From Arcobacteraceae bacterium (GTDB lineage: Bacteria > Campylobacterota > Campylobacteria > Campylobacterales > Arcobacteraceae), in NCBI GenBank assembly GCA_965224485.1, contig CBDCZH010000019.1, forward strand, positions 128,001 to 192,000: a stretch of 64,000 nucleotides of DNA, written 5' to 3'. The notes beneath the pieces are model-generated. The model saw nothing but the letters and a program-made list of their open reading frames with translations, made no database searches and was not told the DNA's origin. Below, piece after piece: positions 44,441 through 55,390 of this stretch. A program made the translations under genes and the position numbers. The number at the start of each line of letters is the position of its first letter. The stretch's first letter is position 1.

Positions 44441-45016
44441 TTAAATATTTTTAAGTAAATTTTTTTCTTCTTCTTCACTAAGAAAACGCCACTCTCCACT
44501 TTTAACATCAAGGTTAAAACTAGAAATACTAATTCTTTTTAATTCTAAAACTTTTAAGGGTGTTCCAAATTTAGGATCTTTAAGAGCTCCAAAAAGTCGT
44601 CTTATATGACGATTTTTTCCCTCATCAATCTCAACTCTAAGTTTTGTTTTAGCACCACCTATTCCAATTTTACTAACACTTAAAGCTTTTAATAAACCAT
44701 ATTTACTTGGAATCCCAGACATAGCTTGAGAAATATGCTCATCTGTAACATGTCCCCTAATCCAAATTTCATATACTTTTATACAATTACCTGGTTTAGT
44801 TAAAACATTACCAATTTTACCATTACGTGTAAATAATAAAAGTCCTTTAGAATCCAAATCAAGACGACCAATAGGCATCCATTGTTCAGTAAAAACCCAA
44901 GAAGGTAAAAGATCATAAACTGTTTTTCGCCCTAGTTCATCAGATCTTGTAACAATATAAGCCTTAGGTTTATTTAAAACTAAGAGGTTTTTCTGGTTTT
45001 TGCTTGTTTCATTCAT
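44441..45016 (-). CDS. RsuA/RluB-family pseudouridine synthase lacking the S4 domain
   Basis: LNKPK, GRLDLDSKGLLLFT, EGKNRHIRRL. Confidence 0.88.
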   Translation of the reverse strand: MNETSKNQKNLLVLNKPKAYIVTRSDELGRKTVYDLLPSWVFTEQWMPIGRLDLDSKGLLLFTRNGKIGNVLTKPGNCIKVYEIWIRGHVTDEHISQAMSGIPSKYGLLKALSVSKIGIGGAKTKLRVEIDEGKNRHIRRLFGALKDPKFGTPLKVLELKRISISSFNLDVKSGEWRFLSEEEEKNLLKNI

Positions 45017-45349
45017 TAAATATAGTCCTTTGATTTGGTAAAAAGCCCTAAAATTAAAATTGTTATTAGTGGTAAAAAATCTTGCATTTTAAAATAAATG
45101 TATTATTATAATAATATTACAGAGACAATTTTTTTCTTAGTATAGCTAATTAACTATATGCCAACATAAGTAAAGCCTGATAATTTTTTTAAATTTCTAT
45201 ACTTATAAATAATGTAAGTCTAAATTGATATTCGAACCCTTTGTATTAAAGTTTTACTATTAATCTTATATTAAATAATTTATTTCTATTTTTAAGTTTT
45301 TTTTAAATATAATCTAAGTGTTATATAAATATTTTAAAAGGATATACCT

Positions 45350-45523
45350 ATGAGTGCCGAAAAAAAAGCAAGTACAGCCCTAGCAAGAGCGCAAGTTGCA
45401 AACAACAATATTGAAGTAATTATGGATTTCTTAAAAGATTTACCAATGACCTTAACTCTAGATCATAATCAATCAGCAGCTTATAAAAAAGCTTATGATT
45501 CTCTAAAAGAAAGAACTCATTAG
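45350..45523 (+). CDS. Small hypothetical protein (57 aa)
   Basis: AAGGA RBS; MSAEKKASTALARAQVANNNIEVIMDFL...KERTH; below the ORF-track cutoff. Confidence 0.55.
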   Translation: MSAEKKASTALARAQVANNNIEVIMDFLKDLPMTLTLDHNQSAAYKKAYDSLKERTH

Positions 45524-45673
45524 TCTTTTTAATTAAAAAAAAGAAATAAAGAAGAGTAGTTCTATATGAGTATAAGGCAGTAGCTTAATTAAATTTTATG
45601 CTACTGTCCAAGTTTATTAAAAAAATAATTTCATACTTTAAACTTAAAAATAAGATACTTTTTTCTCTTAAAA

Positions 45674-46033
45674 CTAAGCATTCGATAATAGTTTGGCTTT
45701 TTCTTTTTTACTTAATTTATTTACTACTAAATCATAAGATTCATTTATCATATCAATTAAAATATCATCTTGCATTGAACCATCTATACTTATAGTATTC
45801 CAATGTTTTTTATTCATATGATAGCCTTCCTTTACACACTCGTATATATCTCGATAAGCAAGAGCATCTTGAGGTAAACATTTTAAATTTATTCTAAGTT
45901 GATTTTCTTTATAAGCTAATAAAGCAAACATTTTATTCATAACTTTAAAAACCATAATATCGTCATTAAATGGAAATTCTTTATTTGAAGATTTTTTTGA
46001 AATAAGTATTTTTTCTAATTCTTCTAAATTCAT
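45674..46033 (-). CDS. MmcQ/YjbR-family protein
   Basis: FKVMNKMFA, NLKC, GYHMNKKHWNT. Confidence 0.92.
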   Translation of the reverse strand: MNLEELEKILISKKSSNKEFPFNDDIMVFKVMNKMFALLAYKENQLRINLKCLPQDALAYRDIYECVKEGYHMNKKHWNTISIDGSMQDDILIDMINESYDLVVNKLSKKEKAKLLSNA

Positions 46034-46135
46034 TTCTTAGCTCCTATTATTCTTATATTTATAATATAAGTATTTAGTTTAGTAAAAAAAGTCTAGTGGT
46101 TAATCTTTTGTTCTATTATTTATACTAAGATTATT

Positions 46136-46414
46136 TTAATTAAAAGTTTCTATAAACTTCCTTGTTTTAATATTTTTAATTTTTCTTAATTTAGTATTTG
46201 AAAAAATACTTTTTAATTCCTCAATAGTAAAAATATTTTTCAATAAATCGCAATCAATATCTTTTAATACCTTATCTTTAACTGTTTCAAAAGAAAGAGG
46301 AAAAAGATCATCATTTTTACTAATTAAGATATTATAAACATCAAAAGCATTCATACTATAATCAGAACACACTTTTTCTAAATGATGAACATATTCATTT
46401 TTATCAACTTGCAT
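46136..46414 (-). CDS. Hypothetical protein
   Basis: 92-aa ORF with AAGGA RBS. Confidence 0.6.
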   Translation of the reverse strand: MQVDKNEYVHHLEKVCSDYSMNAFDVYNILISKNDDLFPLSFETVKDKVLKDIDCDLLKNIFTIEELKSIFSNTKLRKIKNIKTRKFIETFN

Positions 46415-46518
46415 TTATTTCCTTTATTTTTAATTCTACTTTGTAAGTCAAACTTGAAGCGATAATCATCACATTAATACCCTTGTTCTTCTTACAATAT
46501 TTTCCTATATACCCATCT

Positions 46519-46933
46519 TTATATTAGCTTATCTTTTTTAGTTATTGTCCAAGCTGAATTATGTTGAGTGAATCCAAGAAGAGGATAATACTCTTTTGCA
46601 GTAGGTGCTGAGAGTAATATAATTTTACATTTAGCATTCAATTGTTCTTGAACTTTTGAAATAAGTTTTTTTCCAATACCGTTTTTTTTGATATTCTTTA
46701 TCTACTGCTAAGTCTGATAGATAACAACAATAAGTAAAATCTGTTACTGCTCTTGCAATACCAATGATTTTATTATTTATATTAGCTGTAATAATAATAT
46801 CTGCATTTTTAAGCATACCTTTGATTGTTTCTAAATCATCAATAGGTCTTCTTTCTCCTAATGTTGAATTTTTCAATATTTCAATAAATTCTAATGATGT
46901 GATATTTTTGTTTAGTTTATATTCAATATTCAA
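46519..46933 (-). CDS. GNAT acetyltransferase (frameshift in an A8 run near 46685)
   Basis: YLSDLAVDKEYQ, then NGIGKKLI...LLSAPTAKEYYPLLGF in the next frame. Confidence 0.85.
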
Positions 46934-47171
46934 GTAATACTCCTTTAATCTAAGATTTGAGTTCTTTGCAAGAACTTATTCTATTTCTCTTATTTACTAA
47001 CTATTTTATTCTTCTTAAATAAGAGCTCTTAAGACTAGCAAGAAATTTTTTATTAAATTTCTTCCTTGAATGTTTTAATAAATTTTATTTTAGCATTATT
47101 TATAATAATTTGATATTTTAAAAATTGAAATTATCAGCTATAATACTGCAGTTTATTTTAAAGGCAAGATT

Positions 47172-47974
47172 ATGGCATTACAAAAGTGGGAAATATTTCA
47201 AGATGAAGCAACAGATTTTTTAAATAAATATTTTAATGCTAATTTTAAAATGGAAGGTGGATATGATGCAACAACATCCCATATAACAGTAAGAAATGTA
47301 AATCAAGTTATAACAACTATTGAAGCAAAGTTTGGTTCAACTCAAGCAGGACAAATAGTATTAATAGCAGATAATAATAAATTTAGCTTTTGTGATAAAA
47401 GTAAAAATGAATCCAATTTGTATACACAAAAAATAATAAAATATTTAAATTCTAATTATTCATTATTTGCAGGAGTTAATACAGCATCTATTCATGTAGA
47501 TATTGAGAATAGTATCCTGTTTAATTGGGTAAAAACAATTTATAATGAAAAAAAATGTTGAATGGATTATATCCTCAAAAAAGTTTTAAGAATTTAAGTT
47601 TAAATGATTTACTTTTTATTCCAATAAATGAAATAGAAAAATACTTTGATATTAGTCTTGTATTTAGAAGAAAAAAAATTGGAAATACTCAAATACCAGG
47701 TAAAGATATAATGGATTTTAAAGAAGAAATGGATTTTATAAGTAAAGACTACACAATAAAAAAAACCAATAACAAATATTTATTAACAATGAATTCAAGA
47801 CTATCTAATTTAAATATTGGAAGTAGATATTTATTAAGTATTACAAATGTACCTTCACAGTATTATATAAAGAAAAAAGATATAAATACTAATCCTAATA
47901 TTATGTTTCAACTAAACTTAAAAGATAGTGTAGAATTTAAAGGTACACAATTTAAAGAAAGTTATTCTTTATAA
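47172..47974 (+). pseudogene. Orphan PD-(D/E)xK nuclease-like gene, frameshifted near 47550-47590
   Basis: WEIFQ...GGYDATTSHI...IEAK...GQIVL; two ORFs meeting at A-runs. Confidence 0.5.
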
Positions 47975-48065
47975 TTTTGTGTAAACATTGACTTAATAAG
48001 GAGTGTTCAATAATATATATAAAGTCATTTTATATAGAATACTACTGCCTTATTACTTACATTAA

Positions 48066-48641
48066 TTAGGTATTACGTTCCCCTAATTTCAATTCATTAT
48101 ACGTTTTCTGAAAATTTAAATACTCAGAATAAACTAATTTAGCCCTAATTCGTTCTTGTTCTGAAAGAACAAAGTTATTACTCTTATCTAACATAGCTTT
48201 AATATTATCTTGAATATAAAAATCATAATTCATTAGACTATAATCAATTTTAATAACTGAAACTGCTCCAGTAAGTGGATTAACTTTTGTTCTTAATATA
48301 TTAAAACTGCTTAATGAATCTGAAAAATCAACTCTAACCCTATCTAAATCTATATTTGCATATGTATCAAAAAGTGCTTTATTAAAATTTTGATTAGGTG
48401 TCGATGAAGTTGCCCATAACATATCGTTTACTTGATTTAAATTATTTTTTTGTTCATTTAAGCATTTTGTGTGGACAATAGGCTTTCTAAGAAATTCTTC
48501 TTTTGATAAGTGTTCTGGTTGCATTACCTTTCGTAACATTTGAACTTTTTCATATGGAAGAGATTTTAATTCCTTCAAGCTTAAATTATCATCTTTAAGA
48601 ATATCTTTAAATAATGCTATATCTTCTTTTGATAGAGACAA
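48066..48641 (-). CDS. Hypothetical protein; frame stays open upstream to about 48830 without an ATG
   Basis: ORF track plus manual extension (INISTDYQTTAY...). Confidence 0.55.
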   Translation of the reverse strand: MSLSKEDIALFKDILKDDNLSLKELKSLPYEKVQMLRKVMQPEHLSKEEFLRKPIVHTKCLNEQKNNLNQVNDMLWATSSTPNQNFNKALFDTYANIDLDRVRVDFSDSLSSFNILRTKVNPLTGAVSVIKIDYSLMNYDFYIQDNIKAMLDKSNNFVLSEQERIRAKLVYSEYLNFQKTYNELKLGERNT

Positions 48642-48884
48642 GGACTCAAAAACATTATGTTTTTCTAAAAATTTATTGAATCTTCCTTTTTTACTTTCTT
48701 GAACAATATTTTCTTCTTGCTTTAATACTGATTCAAAACTCGCTTCATTTGTTTTTTGATTAGAGGAAATATTTAAATCGTTTTTATTATAAGCAGTAGT
48801 TTGATAGTCAGTTGATATGTTAATATTAATATCTTTACATTATTTATTTTGTGTAGTTTGAATTTGGGTTTAATTTCTATAAAC

Positions 48885-48915
48885 AAAAAAGGACAGTTAA
48901 AAAACTGTCTCTTTC
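48885..48915 (-). terminator. Terminator after rpsU
   Basis: GGACAGTT-AAAA-AACTGTCT hairpin with a U-tract on the minus strand. Confidence 0.65.
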
Positions 48916-48934
48916 TATACATTGAATTAAGATA

Positions 48935-49147
48935 TTATAATCTAGCTTCGTATTTTCTTAGCATGTGTAGTTTTTTAAGCATTTTCTTTTTAGCATTAAT
49001 TTTTTGCTTTTTCTTAATCTCTGTGTTTGGTTCAAAAAATCTTCTTGCTCTAGCTTCAGTAACAATAAGATTTCTATCACATTGTTTCTTAAACTTTCTG
49101 TATGCTTCATCAAATGACTCTTGTTCTTTTACTTTAATACCTGGCAT
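48935..49147 (-). CDS. rpsU: 30S ribosomal protein S21
   Basis: MPGIKV...[11 protein letters not shown]...RRFFEP. Confidence 0.97.
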   Translation of the reverse strand: MPGIKVKEQESFDEAYRKFKKQCDRNLIVTEARARRFFEPNTEIKKKQKINAKKKMLKKLHMLRKYEARL

Positions 49148-49364
49148 AATAAAATTACCTACTTTCTTTAAATTTTGGCACTAATTATATTTAAATTTAA
49201 CTTAATTTAAGCATAATTTATTATTAAGAAACTTTTTATTACATTTTTTTGTAATTCAATTATTTAATAACATCATCATTATATAATTTTGGAGAACTCC
49301 CAAACTAAACTCCTCTTTTTTTAAAATTAAAAATTACACCCAGGGGTAGAAAATCTTTATTCTT

Positions 49365-49481
49365 TTAATAATTTGGTATTGTCCCAGTTATTAAATCTTC
49401 GCTAAAAATAGAAGCTTTCAAATTTCTTCTTGAAACAATATGGTAATAAGCTAATTCATTAATACGAAGTTTATGAGCCAT
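49365..49481 (-). pseudogene. N-terminal remnant of a RAYT-like HUH transposase
   Basis: GAGGTG RBS; MAHKLRINELAYYHIVSRRNLKASIFSED resembles the RAYT start M.R..R.....YH...RG.....IF..D; similarity stops at the GGTATTGTCCC motif. Confidence 0.5.
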
Positions 49482-49563
49482 AATACACCTCAATAATAAA
49501 TGATACAGCGAGTAAATTAAAGTCTTGGTTAAGAAATTTACTAATTGATGCCTGATATGAATT

Positions 49564-50327
49564 CTATTTTAAGTAAGTTAAAATTTCTTCATTAATATTA
49601 AGAGATTTTGGTTTAATATCTTGCATTAAATTTTTAAAATTTAACACTACTTCATCTTTATTTTCATAAGTCACTTTTTGTTTAGATTTAATTAAATAAA
49701 CAGAAAAATCACTTAAAAATGAATTAATAAAAGACATCCATTGGGCTATAAGCTCTGTAAAATTTAACGATTTTATATTTACATCAACTTTATAAATAAT
49801 AAAAGCTTTATATTCTTCTAATTTAAAGTAAGCTCTTAAAAAACTTGAAGCTCTGTTTTTAAGTTTATTTTTTAAATTTTTGTTATTTGAAATCTCTGCT
49901 AAAACTAAAAATAACCTATATGATAAAGAGGAGTTAAAAATGAAACTTGATTTACAGGGTACTCTTCCCATGCTTTAAATATATCTTCTATGCTTGAAAA
50001 CTCATCTGATTCTTTAATCTCTTTTTCTGCTACTTCAAGGTTAAATTCTTGAGTTTCTGTATTGAAAAAAGAGCTATTTGATGACAGGTCACTTATCTTT
50101 TTAATAGAACGCTCACTGAAGTATAACTTATTCATTTTATCAAAAAAAGAAATTATATTACTAGAGTTTCCATTATGAACTATCTCTGGCATATATCTTG
50201 TTGTGCATGCTATAAGTGCAAATTTTTCTGCTGATTCCTTCATTACACTCTCTTTAAATTCAGAAGATTTAAATAAAACTTTAGTGTTAATTTCTTGATG
50301 ATTTTTTTTTGAATAAATTGTTTCCAT
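49564..50327 (-). CDS. Hypothetical protein split by a -1 shift in a T5 run near 49938
   Basis: Two overlapping ORFs are joined by adding one T; AAGGA RBS at the first. Confidence 0.55.
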
Positions 50328-50718
50328 TTTAATATTTCCTTAGTATTTATATTTGCTAATATATTTTTTGATTTTGTATTGTCACATAAATAGACTTGAT
50401 TAGGTATTTAACTATTTCTTCTTTGATAAAATGTAGCAGTTTACTAACATAATTATTTAATTTCATATGAATTATTTGAAGTATCTTATCCAAATTCACT
50501 CCTTAATAGTCGAAGCATTGCAATAGAAGACTATTTAGAGTACAAAAGGTTGTAGAGTTGTTAATTTATCTTATGTGCCTCAAACAATGCTGATAGTGAT
50601 CTGCTTACCCTAAAAAATTACACCCAAATTTCAAGTTTTTTAAGGTGGCAACTGTCACCGAAATTTACTGTAAAAGTTTTACAATTATTAGTTTAAGTAT
50701 TAAAGTGCATTGAAATAG

Positions 50719-51002
50719 CTGGCTTTTGCTCTTGTAAACTTCCAGTTCCCGCTTTCTTACTTTTGTATTGACAAAAAGTAAGCAAAAACAACTACGGTTT
50801 CGGAGGTCTTCGACTACCTAAAGTTTTTTTATTTTCTTGCTTAGCCCTAAAACTTACTAAAATATGCTCCCAGCATATTTCTTAACGTGCAAACAGTTAT
50901 GGCTGGGTTACGCAATAAAATAAAAAAACTTTAGCTCCTGCAAATGTAGCAATCAACGGAATAATTTTTTGTCTGCTAAAGCAGATGTAGTTCTAATACA
51001 TA
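50719..51002 (+). repeat. Structured non-coding repeat A, copy 2
   Basis: Colinear with 8374-8657; stems preserved by compensatory changes. Confidence 0.85.
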
Positions 51003-51224
51003 ATTAGTAATGTTCTTTAATTAGTATTTGAACTTTTGGATAATAAATAACTTACTCGGAATTTTTCATGCATTTGAGGAAGCTAGAGTTTGAGAGTTTA
51101 TTTTGCCTGCAAGCAGGATTTTGTCACTGCGTTTCAGCATCAGTAATAAGGAAGTCATTAAAAGAAACTAGGCTCTTTAGTGTCAACTGCAATGTAATGG
51201 CCATTCGTGCCAGGCACCTTTTCC

Positions 51225-51911
51225 CAAGCACTCAGAGCAAAAGAAAGAAATCATATTCCTGTAGTATTAAGTATTGAAGATGTTAAAAAAATTATATTAA
51301 ATACAAATGGAATATACCAAATAATGTTGAAACTAATGTATGGATGTGGATTAAGAATGAGTGAACTATTAAATCTTAGAATAAAAGACATAGATTTTGA
51401 TTTTAATAAAGTTTATGTTTATAATAGTAAATCACAAAAAGATAGAACAGTTCCTCTACCTATTAAAATTAAGGAAGGTATTTTAATACAAATTAAAAGA
51501 GTAAAAGAAATACATTCCATAGATATTATAGATGGGTATGGAAGTGTGGAACTTCCTTATGCTATGGATAAAAAATCGTCTAAATCAAAGTTTGAAACAA
51601 AATGGCAATATATTTTTCCTATGGATAAAGTTTCAAAAGATCCAAGAAGTGACATAGTTAGAAGGCACCATATCTTAGAAGTAACATTTTCAAGAAATAT
51701 AAGGAGTGCCGTAAGAAAGTCTAATATTGACAAAAGGGTATCAGCTCACACTTTTAGACACTCATACGCAACTCATCTTTTACAACATGGGACAGATATA
51801 CGCTCTATTCAAGAGCTATTAGGTCATAAAAGTATAGAAACAACTATGATATATACTCACGTAGTAAAAGAGTTAAATAAAGATGAGATAAAAAGTCCAT
51901 TGGATTTTTAG
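51225..51911 (+). pseudogene. intI: Integron integrase lacking its N-terminal domain
   Basis: IPVVLS, MYGCGLR, KSQKDR, IntI-specific insert ([12 protein letters not shown].....WQYIFP....KDPRS..VRRHH), [16 protein letters not shown]...TTMIYTH; no N-terminal SAM-like domain upstream. Confidence 0.9.
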
Positions 51912-51926
51912 ATTTAAATTATTAGT

Positions 51927-52108
51927 AAAAAGTGGAGGAAAGTATTATATTTTTGTTTTAATCAAGGCGAAGATTGAATTTTAAGCGGAGCGTACATGTA
52001 GTACGAGAGTTTAAACTTCATGCCAAAAGGCATAAAGCTAAAACGAATCATTAAAATTCAAGATTCAACGCAGAGTAAAGCAAAAAGATGATGAGTTACT
52101 CCTCTTTT
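51927..52108 (+). repeat. RPE-1-like palindromic element, copy 2 (39-nt hairpin insert)
   Basis: Nearly identical to 9944-10086 apart from the insert at 52010-52048. Confidence 0.85.
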
Positions 52109-52110
52109 GC

Positions 52111-52255
52111 AAAAATGCTTTTAGAGTGTGAGATTTTAGATTTAATCAAGGCGGTTAAGAAATTTAAAGCGGAGTGTACGAATAGTACATGAGCATTTAA
52201 ATTTCTTGACCAACGCAGAGTAAATTTAAAAGATTATGCTATAAAAGCATTTTTT
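52111..52255 (+). repeat. RPE-1-like palindromic element, divergent copy 3 (abuts the dapD stop)
   Basis: Same TAATCAAGGCG / GCGGAG.GTAC..GTAC.TGAGCA / CAACGCAGAGTAAA cores with different but still complementary arms. Confidence 0.8.
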
Positions 52256-53442
52256 TAGTGTAGGTCTGCGTTTAGTTTAACTTCTCTCGTACTTCTCATA
52301 GCAATAGTCTGCCCTGTACTTGAATTAACTCTAAAGTGAACTCCATTTACTCCTAAAAATTCAATACCTTTCATAATAGTTTTAATCTCTTTATCAGGAT
52401 TAATTTCTTTAATAGCTGTAACTGCTTTTTCGCTTAAAGTAATTTTTGTTCCTGGTAAAATTGTTACTCCTGCATCTAAAATACAAGAATCACCAATTGC
52501 TGTACCGGTACAAGAATTTGCACCTAAAAGTGTATTTGCACCAATTGAAACAGGTACTCCATCAGTTCCACTTAGTACTCCTAAAATTGAAGCACCACCA
52601 CCAACATCAGAATTAGCACCAACAACAGCAGAAGATGAAATTCTTCCCTCAACCATAACAGTTCCTAGTGTTCCTGCATTAAAGTTAATATATGAAGCTC
52701 CTGGCATAACTGTTGTTCCAGCTGCCAATTGTGCTCCAAATCTTACTTTTGAAGTTTCTAAAATTCTTGTATTATCAGCTGGAATAATATGAGATAAAAA
52801 TCTAGGGAATTTATCTACAAAAGAAATTTCTGGGTATTTTCCAGATAATTTTAATGAAATTTCATTTTCTCTTAACCAATCTAATTCAACAGGTTCATTT
52901 CCAATCCATGCGCAGTTATGTAGTTTTCCAAAAACTCCATCAAGATTTAAAGATAAAAGTTTTGCTTTTGCACTTGAAAGAGCATATAGTTTTAAATATG
53001 CAGCTTCTGTACTTTGTACAGCAGTGTCTTCAAAAATAAATACTACTTTATAATCATCAGATGTCATACCTGAATCAACAGGAAGTGTTGCTAAAGTAGA
53101 AATTACTTGAATATTTTTATGATTTTCACCTTTTGCTTCTGGAATAAATGGTCTAAAAGCTTCTATACAAGATGTTAAAAAAGTATCACTTAAATTACAA
53201 ACTAATTCTGATTTACTTGTATCTATATTTTCACCAGATTCTTTTAAAGCATTTAAAAAAATTGCAGCAGAACCATGGTTTTCATTCCAGTTAATTACAG
53301 GAAAAGTTGCTTGTAGTGTTTTTTCAGGGTTTAACTGACCTCTATCAATTCTTGCAATTCCAAAACCAATTGGATTTTTATACCAAGATTGACCTTGAAT
53401 ATCTTCAACTACTTTCGTAAACTCTTCTTTAGTAAAAATCAT
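52255..53442 (-). CDS. dapD: Tetrahydrodipicolinate N-succinyltransferase
   Basis: AYLKLYALS, VDKFPR, INFNAGTLG..MVEGRISSS, GGGASILGVLSG, LNADLH. Confidence 0.95.
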   Translation of the reverse strand: MIFTKEEFTKVVEDIQGQSWYKNPIGFGIARIDRGQLNPEKTLQATFPVINWNENHGSAAIFLNALKESGENIDTSKSELVCNLSDTFLTSCIEAFRPFIPEAKGENHKNIQVISTLATLPVDSGMTSDDYKVVFIFEDTAVQSTEAAYLKLYALSSAKAKLLSLNLDGVFGKLHNCAWIGNEPVELDWLRENEISLKLSGKYPEISFVDKFPRFLSHIIPADNTRILETSKVRFGAQLAAGTTVMPGASYINFNAGTLGTVMVEGRISSSAVVGANSDVGGGASILGVLSGTDGVPVSIGANTLLGANSCTGTAIGDSCILDAGVTILPGTKITLSEKAVTAIKEINPDKEIKTIMKGIEFLGVNGVHFRVNSSTGQTIAMRSTREVKLNADLH

Positions 53443-53542
53443 TATCTTTCCTATGTTAAATTTTTTTAAATTATACTATAAATAAATATAAAAAGTATTA
53501 ATGATTAAGCTTACTTATATCTGCATAACTGAACTTATAAAA

Positions 53543-55390
53543 CTAGTGAATATTATCCATATCAATACTAACCATACTTGAATTAATACTATGTAAACTT
53601 TGTAATAAGGCTTTTAAGTTTTGTGAACGTAAAATCATTTCATAGCGATATTTATTTGCAATTTTGAAAATTGCACTTTGCCCTGAACCTACTAATTCAA
53701 GATCTTTTTTATCTTTAAAAATATTTACATAATAATCTAATTCATCTTTTACTTTTAAACCATTTGTATGAGAGAAGATAACTTTTGCCATTTTATAAAA
53801 AGGTGGATATAAATCAGCTCTAAACTCTAACTCTTCTTCTAAAAACTCTTGGTAATCTTTTTCTTTTAAATAATATTGGAAAAAATCTTCATTTTGGGTT
53901 TGAATAATAACCTCACCCTCACCTTTTCTTCCACTTCTTCCTGAAATTTGAATAAGTAAAGATAAAGCTCGCTCTCTTGCTTTATAAGAGTTCATATTTA
54001 AAAGTGAATCAATTCCTAAAATAACTGCTAGTTTTACATTATGATAATCATGACCTTTTGATAACATCTGAGTTCCAACTAAAATATCAATTTTATTATT
54101 ATTAAAATCAGTCAAAACATCTCTTAATTTTTTATCACTTGTTATAGAATCTCTATCAAATCTTTTAATAACTCTATTTGAAAATAAAGCATTTAAATTT
54201 TCTTCAATTTGAGCAGTTCCTACTCGTAGGTTATGAATTACTCCTGTTTGACAGCTTGGACAAAACTCTGGTATTCTTTGTGAATAACCACAATAATGGC
54301 ACTTTAAAGCAAGAGCATTTTTATGTAAACTCATAGAAACAGAACAATAAGGACACTGAACTCCTTGTCCACAAGAAGTACATATTTGATATTTAAAGTT
54401 TGCACGAGTAGGCAAAAAAACAATAACTTGATGCCCTGCTTCCAGAGTTTTAGCAATAGAGTCTTTAATGCTATCATCTAAGTCATCTTTTGAAGAGTTA
54501 AAAATAATACTTTTATTTGTTTTAAAATAGGTTTCTTTTACCCTAATATATGGAATTTTATGAAAAGAAACAATAGAAGGAGTAGCACTTCCTAAAATTA
54601 CTTGAATATCTAGTTTTTTAGACATATATAAAGCTATATCTTTGGCATTATATCTAGGTTTTGAATCACTTTTATAAGACTCATCATGTTCTTCATCAAT
54701 AATAATCAAATCTAAGTCTTTATAGGGTAAAAATAAAGAAGACCTAGCTCCTGCTATTAATTTTATTTCGCCTTTTAACAAGGCTTCGATTATATTTTCT
54801 TTTTTCTTTTTTGTAATTTTTGAGTGCCAAATAGCAACACTTGTATTAAATACTTTTTCTAGTCTATTTTGCATTTGTGGAGTTAGGGATATTTCAGGCA
54901 TTAATAAAACTGCTTGTTTCCCTTCATTTAAAACTTTTTCGATATTTTTAATATATATTTCTGTTTTTCCGGAACCTGTATTTGCAAAAACTAAAGCTTG
55001 TTTGTTTTTTTGTGTAAAATCATAAGCTTTTTCTTGTTCTTTAGAAAAACTAATTTTACTATCAAATGTTTTTTTATCTTCATTATCTTGGAATTTTTTG
55101 TCAAAAGCAGTATAAATACTTAAAGCTTCACCAAGTGAGCTTACATAATATGTAGAAATAAAAGAAGCAATACTTAACATTTTTTCATCAAAATATTTAT
55201 CAGTTATTTCTTCTATTTGAACACATTTAAAACTAGGTTGTTCTACTTCTTTTATAATAACAGCAGGACTTAGATTTTTTCTATTTCTAAGTTTTACACA
55301 AACCTCAGAACCTATATTAATCTCTTTTACACTTGCATACGTAAGATTAGCTAAGGGAGATTTTAATAAAGCTACTTCATAATAATTCAT
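53543..55390 (-). CDS. priA: Primosomal protein N'
   Basis: TGSGKTEIY, PEISLTPQ, DEEHD, CxxC clusters, GTQMLSKG, QISGRSGR. Confidence 0.96.
   Translation of the reverse strand: MNYYEVALLKSPLANLTYASVKEINIGSEVCVKLRNRKNLSPAVIIKEVEQPSFKCVQIEEITDKYFDEKMLSIASFISTYYVSSLGEALSIYTAFDKKFQDNEDKKTFDSKISFSKEQEKAYDFTQKNKQALVFANTGSGKTEIYIKNIEKVLNEGKQAVLLMPEISLTPQMQNRLEKVFNTSVAIWHSKITKKKKENIIEALLKGEIKLIAGARSSLFLPYKDLDLIIIDEEHDESYKSDSKPRYNAKDIALYMSKKLDIQVILGSATPSIVSFHKIPYIRVKETYFKTNKSIIFNSSKDDLDDSIKDSIAKTLEAGHQVIVFLPTRANFKYQICTSCGQGVQCPYCSVSMSLHKNALALKCHYCGYSQRIPEFCPSCQTGVIHNLRVGTAQIEENLNALFSNRVIKRFDRDSITSDKKLRDVLTDFNNNKIDILVGTQMLSKGHDYHNVKLAVILGIDSLLNMNSYKARERALSLLIQISGRSGRKGEGEVIIQTQNEDFFQYYLKEKDYQEFLEEELEFRADLYPPFYKMAKVIFSHTNGLKVKDELDYYVNIFKDKKDLELVGSGQSAIFKIANKYRYEMILRSQNLKALLQSLHSINSSMVSIDMDNIH

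Noticed and set aside
51068..51277. 69-aa ORF as the missing IntI N-terminus
   Set aside because: No resemblance to the IntI N-terminal domain in the frames I read; it spans the junction fragment.
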